DNA from: Candidatus Delongbacteria bacterium | GTDB lineage: Bacteria > UBA4055 | Length of the DNA stretch: 64,000 nt | Reading direction: 5' to 3' | NCBI GenBank assembly: GCA_003477045.1 | Contig: DMTS01000056.1 | Location: forward strand, 41,378-105,377 | In this document: in pieces, positions 56,963-64,000 of the stretch | Numbering within the stretch: the stretch's first letter is position 1 | How the letters are laid out: each line of letters starts with the position of its first letter | Translations under genes and position numbers: made by a program | Notes under the pieces: generated by a model | The model's input: the letters and a program-made list of their open reading frames with translations, nothing else | Database searches by the model: none | Told to the model about the DNA's origin: nothing

Positions 56963-58005
56963 TGCTGATAATTATGAAGATCGGAGCTACGAAACAACAG
57001 ATACTTGATGTTGTTCAGGCGATCGAAGGGATCGGATATCAGGCCAAGATAAGCAAAGGAGCGCAAAGATCAGTAATTCTTGTTCACGGAAACATCGGTT
57101 ATATCGATGAATCCTACTTTAAAAAATTTATGGGCATTAGGGATATTATTCATATTTCAAAAAGACTTAAGCTGGTTTATAGAGAAAATAACGGCGGGGC
57201 GGATACTATCGTAGATTTAGGCGATAATATTGTGTTCGGTGACAGGTCTGCACAAATAATCGCGGGACCATGCTCGGTCGAAAGCAGAGAAATGATAATG
57301 GAAACAGCTGATTTTTTAAGCTCTAGAGGTATCAAGCTTTTAAGAGGAGGTGCTTTTAAACCAAGAACTTCCCCTTATAGTTTTCAAGGCCTCGGCGATA
57401 AAGGTCTCAGCTATATACACGACGCCGCGAAAAAATACAACATGAAGATAGTTACCGAGGCAATTGACGAATATTCGCTCAGTCAGGTAATGGATGTTGC
57501 AGATGTTATTCAGATCGGTGCAAGAAACATGCAGAACTATTCACTTCTCAAAAAATGCGGAGCTATAAAAAATCCGATACTTTTAAAAAGGGGATTTACC
57601 GCATCAATAGATGATCTTTACGCATCTCTCGAATATATTCTTTCTGAAGGCAACCCGAATATAATTGTCTGTGAAAGAGGCATAAGGGTCTTTGAGGGTA
57701 CAAAGCAGAGATCAATAATCGATTTTCTCGGAGTCAGCGATCTTAGAGAAGAATCTCACCTGCCGGTAATCATCGATACAAGCCATGCAACAAGAGAAAG
57801 AGCAAAGGTTCCAGGGCTTTCAAGGGCCGCGCTTGCATTCGGTTGTGACGGGCTCATGGTGGAAGTACATCCCGATCCTGATAAAGCTCTATCGGACGGG
57901 CCTCAGTCACTTTCGTTCAATGATTTTGATCTTATGCTGATAGAATTGAAAAAAATTTCCGGGCTTTTCAGTAAACCGTTAAAATTTTACAAAGAGCAAA
58001 AATGA
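56962..58005 (+). CDS. 3-deoxy-7-phosphoheptulonate (DAHP) synthase, type I-beta, with an N-terminal ferredoxin-like regulatory domain (Thermotoga-type)
   Basis: The core is IAGPCSVES...LRGGAFKPRTSPYSFQG...KRG. The metal ligands are in IDTSH and EVHPDPD. An extra N-terminal domain of about 80 aa is present. Confidence 0.9.
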   Translation: MLIIMKIGATKQQILDVVQAIEGIGYQAKISKGAQRSVILVHGNIGYIDESYFKKFMGIRDIIHISKRLKLVYRENNGGADTIVDLGDNIVFGDRSAQIIAGPCSVESREMIMETADFLSSRGIKLLRGGAFKPRTSPYSFQGLGDKGLSYIHDAAKKYNMKIVTEAIDEYSLSQVMDVADVIQIGARNMQNYSLLKKCGAIKNPILLKRGFTASIDDLYASLEYILSEGNPNIIVCERGIRVFEGTKQRSIIDFLGVSDLREESHLPVIIDTSHATRERAKVPGLSRAALAFGCDGLMVEVHPDPDKALSDGPQSLSFNDFDLMLIELKKISGLFSKPLKFYKEQK

Positions 58006-59480
58006 AAGTAAGGATCGGATTTTTTCATAAAAAGTCGCTGATAAAAGTAAAGTTCAAAGGCGAGTATTTCATATCTGATAAAAGCGGATGTCCCGGTAAA
58101 AATCTGGATAATAACAAGGTTTATGATATAAAGCTGATCGAAAGCAAACCTTCCGAGCACGAATGGTACGAAAAGACCGATACAGTTTTTGATGTAGGTA
58201 AACTGGAATCGCATAGGGACAAATATTACCTTCATGAGAAATCTACAAGAGTGATAAAGGTGGGCAGCCAAATAGGAAAATTGAACAATTTTGAATACTG
58301 GCTGTTAGAAAAAACCGGAGATATGGAAGGAAAAATTTATCCTTCAGGTGACTATAAATATAAGAAGCTGATTAAGAAAGATGCGCAGGGGAAGATATTT
58401 TTTAACGGGGTAGAATTTAAGAATAAAATAAATATGATTCCAGCAAACGAAGACTGCAGCTTTGTGGTAGAGGGAGTAAATGTAGGGATCGATTTTCACT
58501 GGGATCATAAAGAGGATCTGGAATACAAAGGCGAACTGGAAGTTATTATAGATAATTCCGGAAGCCTTACGGCGGTCAATATTATTGATCTTGAAGAGTA
58601 TCTTTCGAGCGTGAATTCTTCTGAAATGAGGAACGACAACAATCTTGAAATGCTCAAAGCGCAGACTATCGCCGCAAGGAGCACAGTACTGGCCACAATG
58701 GGAAAACACCATTATTCAGACGGGTTCGATCTCTGTTCAGACGACCACTGCCAGTGTTATCAGGGAATTTCAAAGATTTCAGAACTGTCCAAAAAAGTTA
58801 CGGAAGATACAAAGGGAGAGATACTGATCTTTGATTCAGGCATAGTTGACGCAAGATACTCAAAGATTTGCGGAGGCATTACAGAAAGGTATTCAACATG
58901 TTGGGAAGATATGGATTTTCCATATCTGGCGTCATTCTATGACAATCCCGTTGGAAGCGAAGTAAAAAATGTTATGAAAGATAAAGAAGCGGAGAAATTT
59001 ATCCTGGACAAGAATTTCGATTGTTTCTGCAACACCTTTAAAAATCCTCTTCCGAAATCACTTGAATTCTGCAGAGACCTTTTCAGATGGAAAACAGTGA
59101 TAACAGCCTCTGAAATCAAAGAAAATCTGAAACAGAAATTCGGAATTGACATCGGAGACATCACAGATTTAACTGCGATAGCGAGAGGATATTCAGGCAG
59201 AATTTTTAAAATGGAATTAAAGGGAACTGAAAGCAACACTGTTATTTCAAAAGAACTGAATATCAGGCGGCTTCTTTCAAAAACTCATCTGCCCAGCTCT
59301 GCATTTTTAATAACAAAATCCGGTACAGATTTCATTTTTACCGGTGCTGGATGGGGTCACGGTGCGGGATTGTGCCAGATCGGAGCTCAGGTGATGGGCG
59401 AAAAGGGTTACTCATACAAAGTCATACTAAAACATTATTATCGCGGAGCGGCGGTTAAAAACCTGTCGGATTACACATAA
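58002..59480 (+). CDS. SpoIID/LytB-domain protein (amidase enhancer family)
   Basis: The SpoIID signature blocks are LEEYLSSVNSSEM...EMLKAQTIAARS and the C-terminal GAGWGHGAGLCQIGAQVMGEKGYSYKVILKHYY. Confidence 0.85.
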   Translation: MKVRIGFFHKKSLIKVKFKGEYFISDKSGCPGKNLDNNKVYDIKLIESKPSEHEWYEKTDTVFDVGKLESHRDKYYLHEKSTRVIKVGSQIGKLNNFEYWLLEKTGDMEGKIYPSGDYKYKKLIKKDAQGKIFFNGVEFKNKINMIPANEDCSFVVEGVNVGIDFHWDHKEDLEYKGELEVIIDNSGSLTAVNIIDLEEYLSSVNSSEMRNDNNLEMLKAQTIAARSTVLATMGKHHYSDGFDLCSDDHCQCYQGISKISELSKKVTEDTKGEILIFDSGIVDARYSKICGGITERYSTCWEDMDFPYLASFYDNPVGSEVKNVMKDKEAEKFILDKNFDCFCNTFKNPLPKSLEFCRDLFRWKTVITASEIKENLKQKFGIDIGDITDLTAIARGYSGRIFKMELKGTESNTVISKELNIRRLLSKTHLPSSAFLITKSGTDFIFTGAGWGHGAGLCQIGAQVMGEKGYSYKVILKHYYRGAAVKNLSDYT

Positions 59481-59482
59481 GA

Positions 59483-60697
59483 GTGAAGAGCTTTACTAAA
59501 GACATAGATTTTCTAATTATTTTTTCACTTGTATCTTTATTCGTGTTAAGTATTTTTTCGATTTATTCGGCAGGATATCCGAGGGGTATGGAAAATATCG
59601 CCTTCACTCAGATTATCTGGTTTTGTACCGGAATGATTATCCTTGTTGTCACACAATTTATATCCATGAAGAGCGTTTTGGCTCTGTCGAATCTTTTCTA
59701 CGCAGTTCTTATTATAATGCTTCTGCTTGTATTTTTAATCGGGTCTGTCAGGATGGGCGCTAAAAGATGGATAGAGATAGGATCGTTCCAGTTCCAGCCT
59801 TCTGAACTCGGAAAATTCTTACTGCTGTGCACACTAGCCCGGTACTACAGCGCAGGCAAGATACACTGGAATGATAAAAAATATGCTATTTTCGGTTCCG
59901 TGCTGACGATAATTCCTTGTATATTAGTTCTTAAGCAACCTGATCTCGGTACAGCTATAATCTATATTTTCATATTTATAGCTGTCATATACTCTGCAGG
60001 GCTCCCGTATTTTTACCTTTTCAATTTGGCTGCGCTTTCTTTTTTCCTGTTCGCAAAGGGTATCGGTGACCAGTTCTTTATTACTGCACTTGTAATTTAC
60101 GGAATAGTGCTTTACAAATTTTCTGTAAAAATTACTGCAGGTATAGCTTTGTGGTCAACAGGCCTAATACTTGGTATAGCATCAAATATGTTCTGGGAAG
60201 GTCTTAAAGAGTATCAGAAGATGAGGCTTCTTACTTTTTTAGATCCGGAGAAATTTTCGAAGGATGGAGGCTGGCAGATAATACAAGCCAAAACTGCAGT
60301 TTCAAACGGCGATCTACAAGGAATGGGATTTATGAATGGAAGCCAGACACAGCTCAGATTCCTTCCAGAAGGTCACACCGACTTTATTTTCAGCGTGATC
60401 GCCGAAGAATTCGGGCTTATCGGAATTATAATTTTGTTTATTGCTTTTACTATCTTGTTTTACAGACTTGTAAAAATTGTTTCAAAAACAAGAAGCAGAT
60501 ATTTGTACCTGCTTGGTTCAGGAATTACCGCATTGTTAATATTTCAGACAGTTCTTAATATCTCTATAAGTCTCGGGCTGCTTCCTGTGACGGGACTTCC
60601 TCTTCCTTTAGTCAGTTATGGCGGTTCGGCTTTGATGATGAATATGCTGATGATAGGAATTGTTATGAACATAGGAAAACATGAGAATAATATATAG
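59483..60697 (+). CDS. SEDS-family peptidoglycan glycosyltransferase (RodA/FtsW)
   Basis: It is a multi-pass membrane protein with EIGSFQFQPSELGKF, LKQPDLGTA and the C-terminal PVTGLPLPLVSYGGSAL. Confidence 0.85.
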   Translation: MKSFTKDIDFLIIFSLVSLFVLSIFSIYSAGYPRGMENIAFTQIIWFCTGMIILVVTQFISMKSVLALSNLFYAVLIIMLLLVFLIGSVRMGAKRWIEIGSFQFQPSELGKFLLLCTLARYYSAGKIHWNDKKYAIFGSVLTIIPCILVLKQPDLGTAIIYIFIFIAVIYSAGLPYFYLFNLAALSFFLFAKGIGDQFFITALVIYGIVLYKFSVKITAGIALWSTGLILGIASNMFWEGLKEYQKMRLLTFLDPEKFSKDGGWQIIQAKTAVSNGDLQGMGFMNGSQTQLRFLPEGHTDFIFSVIAEEFGLIGIIILFIAFTILFYRLVKIVSKTRSRYLYLLGSGITALLIFQTVLNISISLGLLPVTGLPLPLVSYGGSALMMNMLMIGIVMNIGKHENNI

Positions 60698-60709
60698 AGG
60701 GACTTTGCT

Positions 60710-61918
60710 ATGAAAAATATAGTACTTTTTGAAGATGCGGGTTATACGAATTTCGGCCCCCTAACAAAAACAAGACCTGTATTCGAGTTGAAAACAGGCA
60801 TATTCAGTATAAGAGAAAGGTATTCAAAATTACTGAAAGATTACCACTTTTATTATTTTTACCGTAAATCTTTCGATACTATGATGAGTGATATAGGATT
60901 GAAAGGAATTGAGAAATTACCTGACGGGCTTCCTTTTTTAGCTATAAATGCAAGGATAGTTCCAAATAAAAATTTTCTAAAATATTTTGAAATAGCGGTA
61001 AATCAGAAAAGCATTCCGGCAACTGATGAAAACGAGAAGCTTCTTATGGGTGTTTTTACTACCAAGTCGGATTTTGTTGACGCAGTGAAAAAGGGATTAA
61101 AAACAAATGTTCAGCCTTTACTGGAAGTGCTGAAATATCCGTGGTGCATTACTAATTCGATAGGAGAATCCATAAAAACTGATGCAAATCTCCTTGATAA
61201 AAAACAATTCAGCTCATCGAAGCTTACGGGTGTAATATTAGAAAAAAAAGAAGATGTTTTTATAAGAAAATCCGCAGTGATCAAAGCAGGGGTTGTATTA
61301 GATGCAACGGAAGGGCCCGTGATTATTGATGAGGGCGCTGAAATTATGTATAATAGTGTAATAATGGGACCGGCTTACATCGGAAAAAAATCAAAAGTCA
61401 AGATCGGGTCGAAAATCTATCACAATACTTCGATCGGAGAAGTATGTAAAGTCGGAGGGGAGATAGAAAGCACGATAATTCACGGGTACAGCAACAAACA
61501 GCATGAGGGATTTCTGGGGCATTCCTATATTGGAAAGTGGTGCAATCTTGGAGCTGATACGAATAATTCCGATCTGAAGAATAATTATTCTTTCGTGAAA
61601 GTAGAAATCAACGGAGAACTTATAGATTCCGGATCATTATTTGTAGGCATGATTATGGGAGACCATTCAAAAACCGGAATAAACACGATGATCAATACCG
61701 GAACAGTTATAGGAGTGGCGTGCAATGTTTATGGAGAGGGATTTCCCCCGAGGTATGTTGAAGATTTTCACTGGGGCGGAAAGGAAAAACTGGTGATCTA
61801 TCCCTTTAAAAGAACGCTCGAAACAGCGAGAACTGTAATGGAAAGAAGGAGTATAACGCTTCAGAAGTATGAGGAAGATATACTGAAAAAATTATATTTA
61901 AAACTTAAACAGGAATGA
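60710..61918 (+). CDS. GlmU-like protein: degenerate nucleotidyltransferase-like N-region plus a left-handed beta-helix (hexapeptide-repeat) acyltransferase domain
   Basis: The C-terminal half is built of [LIV]-G-x4 hexapeptide repeats (IGEVCKVGGEIESTII, IGKWCNLGADTNN, VGMIMGDHSKTGINTMINTGTVIGVACNV). The N-terminus VLFEDAGYTNFGPLTKTRPVFEL resembles a degraded NTase P-loop. Confidence 0.55.
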   Translation: MKNIVLFEDAGYTNFGPLTKTRPVFELKTGIFSIRERYSKLLKDYHFYYFYRKSFDTMMSDIGLKGIEKLPDGLPFLAINARIVPNKNFLKYFEIAVNQKSIPATDENEKLLMGVFTTKSDFVDAVKKGLKTNVQPLLEVLKYPWCITNSIGESIKTDANLLDKKQFSSSKLTGVILEKKEDVFIRKSAVIKAGVVLDATEGPVIIDEGAEIMYNSVIMGPAYIGKKSKVKIGSKIYHNTSIGEVCKVGGEIESTIIHGYSNKQHEGFLGHSYIGKWCNLGADTNNSDLKNNYSFVKVEINGELIDSGSLFVGMIMGDHSKTGINTMINTGTVIGVACNVYGEGFPPRYVEDFHWGGKEKLVIYPFKRTLETARTVMERRSITLQKYEEDILKKLYLKLKQE

Positions 61919-61921
61919 AAA

Positions 61922-63586
61922 ATGTCTGATAAGAAATTCTACATCATCGCCGTAGCGTTATTAATAATAGCGATCACTTTCAGCTATAAATACGAAGAAG
62001 GAGAAGCGTCGAACGGCGGAAATTCTCTAAACTATTTCCAGAAGATGAACTACATTTTAAGGGTCGTGGACAATGTATATGTTGACGAGCCTGATATCGA
62101 TAAGGTTATGGAAGGCGCTATCGAAGGTATGCTTAAAACTCTTGATCCTCACTCATCATATATTCCAGCTGATAAACAAAAAGAGGTGGAAGAGGATTTT
62201 GAAGGGGTTTTCGGAGGCATCGGAATTGAGTTTGAAATTAAAGATAAATATCTTACTGTTATATCTGCGATCCCCGAAACACCGTCAGAAAGGATCGGAC
62301 TGATGCCCGGAGATAAAATTATCAGAATAGATTCCAAAACAGCTTACGATATTACGACTGAGGATGTTTTTAAAAGACTTAAAGGCCCTATCGGGTCCAA
62401 AGTAAACATAACCGTAGCCAGAGCAGGTGCTTCAGAGCCTATGGATTACGAAATAATAAGAGCTGCGATACCGATCTACAGCGTGGTCGCAGAATGTATG
62501 CTTGAAGATAAGGTAACCGGTTATATTTCGATAAACAGGTTCGCAAATAAAACTTCCCAGGAGCTGGAGGACGCATTGAACGCACTGACAAAAAAAGGAA
62601 TGAAAAGACTTGTTCTTGACCTTAGAGGCAACCCCGGCGGATTGATGGATCAGGCAGTAGAAGTTGTTGAAAAGTTTATCGGAATAAACAAAATGATAGT
62701 TTACACCAAAGGAAGATTCAAGGATTTTGATGAGGAATTTTATTCAACTATAGACGGCAATCATAAGGATCTTCCCCTGATAGTTCTTATTGATGCAGGC
62801 TCGGCTTCAGCTTCAGAAATTGTCAGCGGAGCTTTGCAGGATCATGACAGAGCTTATATTCTGGGTGCTAAATCTTTCGGTAAAGGCCTTGTTCAGCGTC
62901 CTTTCGATCTGGGTGACGGTTCAGTGGCAAGAATAACTATTTCCAGATATTATACACCTACAGGCAGGCTTATCCAGAGACCGTACGACGAGGGAACGGA
63001 AAGTTATTTTCTTGACAGGTACATGGATCCGGAGCTTATGACCGAGCAGGAAAAGGCGAAGGAAGATTCAATTAAAAAAGCTGAAACATTTTACACGCTG
63101 AACAAAAAGAGGGTCGTTTACGGCGGCGGCGGGATAACTCCTGATTCGCTGATCACTTATGACCCGTATTCAGACCTGATGTCAGATCTGTTCAGGATGA
63201 GAGTATTTCAGGATCATGCAATTGATTTTTTTAATATTATGAACGGCAAAGAAACCGGATGGAAAAACGATTTTGAAAAATACTATAAAGATTTCACCGT
63301 CTCTGAAAGTATGGTAGAAGATTTCATAAACGTTGCAAAAAGAAATAAAATAAATATACTTGAAACGGTTCCGGATAAGAAGGAGATGGCTAAAAAAGAA
63401 TACTATTATTCTAAAGAGCAATTTGACAAGGATATTGAAAAAATCAAAATCGAGATCAAATATAATATTGCGAGACAGTATTTTAAAGAACGCAGCCTTT
63501 ATCCGAGAATAAAAGCCATGAATGATAAATTTGTGATCATCGCTCTGACACTTTTCGATGAAGCTAAAAAACTGGCGGACATATAG
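61922..63586 (+). CDS. ctpA: C-terminal processing peptidase (S41A, Ctp/Prc) with a PDZ domain
   Basis: The PDZ block is GGIGIEF...GLMPGDKIIRID. The S41 catalytic Ser is in VLIDAGSASASEIVSGALQD, with a Lys in the GAKSFGKG block. Confidence 0.9.
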   Translation: MSDKKFYIIAVALLIIAITFSYKYEEGEASNGGNSLNYFQKMNYILRVVDNVYVDEPDIDKVMEGAIEGMLKTLDPHSSYIPADKQKEVEEDFEGVFGGIGIEFEIKDKYLTVISAIPETPSERIGLMPGDKIIRIDSKTAYDITTEDVFKRLKGPIGSKVNITVARAGASEPMDYEIIRAAIPIYSVVAECMLEDKVTGYISINRFANKTSQELEDALNALTKKGMKRLVLDLRGNPGGLMDQAVEVVEKFIGINKMIVYTKGRFKDFDEEFYSTIDGNHKDLPLIVLIDAGSASASEIVSGALQDHDRAYILGAKSFGKGLVQRPFDLGDGSVARITISRYYTPTGRLIQRPYDEGTESYFLDRYMDPELMTEQEKAKEDSIKKAETFYTLNKKRVVYGGGGITPDSLITYDPYSDLMSDLFRMRVFQDHAIDFFNIMNGKETGWKNDFEKYYKDFTVSESMVEDFINVAKRNKINILETVPDKKEMAKKEYYYSKEQFDKDIEKIKIEIKYNIARQYFKERSLYPRIKAMNDKFVIIALTLFDEAKKLADI

Positions 63587-63596
63587 GAAACACTGA

Positions 63597-64000
63597 ATGT
63601 TTGAAAAAATCTACAGGGAGTTTGAGGAACTATTTATAATTGATTTCAACAGGATCAAATGGGATTTTGTTAAACTCAATCCCATGGAAAGAGTTTCGCT
63701 TCTGATAGTAGAGGATGAAAGCTCTTTCCGCGAAATGCTGAAAGAAATATTCGAATCGCAGGAAATATACAAAATCGACACAGCTTCAAACGGTCAGGAA
63801 GGACTGAATAAATTTATAAAAAACAAATACGATCTTATTCTGACCGATGTAATGATGGATGCGCTTACCGGTATCGAAATGGCAGAAAAGATACTTAAGA
63901 TCGATTCAGACCAGAAAATATTCTTTGTGAGTTCGTGGTCAAGCAAAAAACAGATGTTCGACAAGTTCGAAAAGCAGTTTATCGAAGGTAATTTCCAGTT
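63597..64000 (+). CDS. response-regulator receiver-domain protein (partial; runs off the right edge)
   Basis: ATG at 63597 gives LLIVEDESSFREMLKEI...DLILTDVMMDALTGIEM, a REC domain with a phospho-acceptor Asp. There is no stop in the window. Confidence 0.65.
   Translation, partial: MFEKIYREFEELFIIDFNRIKWDFVKLNPMERVSLLIVEDESSFREMLKEIFESQEIYKIDTASNGQEGLNKFIKNKYDLILTDVMMDALTGIEMAEKILKIDSDQKIFFVSSWSSKKQMFDKFEKQFIEGNFQ

Noticed and set aside
1-64000. Looked for CRISPR repeats, transposase, integrase, phage or toxin-antitoxin genes, restriction-modification, and nuclease, helicase or STAND ATPase defence signatures
   Set aside because: No periodic direct repeats were seen. There are no Walker-A-containing hypotheticals and no nuclease motifs. 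The unknown proteins are all envelope-type (signal peptides, lipoboxes) rather than defence-like.

Overview
This 64 kb window is low-GC chromosomal DNA (roughly 35-43% GC by eye) from a diderm bacterium. It is densely packed with about 65 protein genes in long, often translationally coupled operons, plus two tandem tRNA-Pro genes and several clean rho-independent terminators. I found no rRNA, CRISPR array, transposase, integrase or phage genes. Most genes are core metabolism and cell-envelope functions: hutH (partial), ahcY, purF, panBC, trpS, nadC, gpsA, obg, dprA, queC, rimO, rsmI, DAHP synthase, murD, rodA/ftsW, PBP5-type carboxypeptidase, an MltD-like lytic transglycosylase, SpoIID, CtpA, an LptE-like lipoprotein and HU. 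A putative bTHX-like small basic ORF (unannotated, 0.5 confidence) and a Thermotoga-type DAHP synthase suggest an FCB-group or candidate-phylum lineage; that placement is an inference. I see no canonical defence island. The candidate undescribed features are listed here. (1) A four-gene, stop/start-overlapping cassette of LytR_C, a QueC-like PP-loop ATPase with a roughly 140-aa N-terminal extension, murD and an M48/TerB peptidase. It sits inside a longer eight-gene operon with panBC and a stand-alone GlmU uridyltransferase domain. (2) An apparently split GlmU: the N-terminal nucleotidyltransferase at 23.4-24.1 kb and a GlmU-like left-handed beta-helix protein at 60.7-61.9 kb. (3) An RsmI / CsgG-like-vWA-KE-rich / RsmI-paralog triplet. 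(4) An AT-rich gene encoding an HExxH protein. (5) A minimal sigma-54 activator with a GSFTSA variant of the GAFTGA loop, coupled to an LptE-like lipoprotein. (6) An unannotated 29-aa hyper-basic ORF that looks like bTHX. All functional calls rest on motif recognition by eye, and no database searches were possible.
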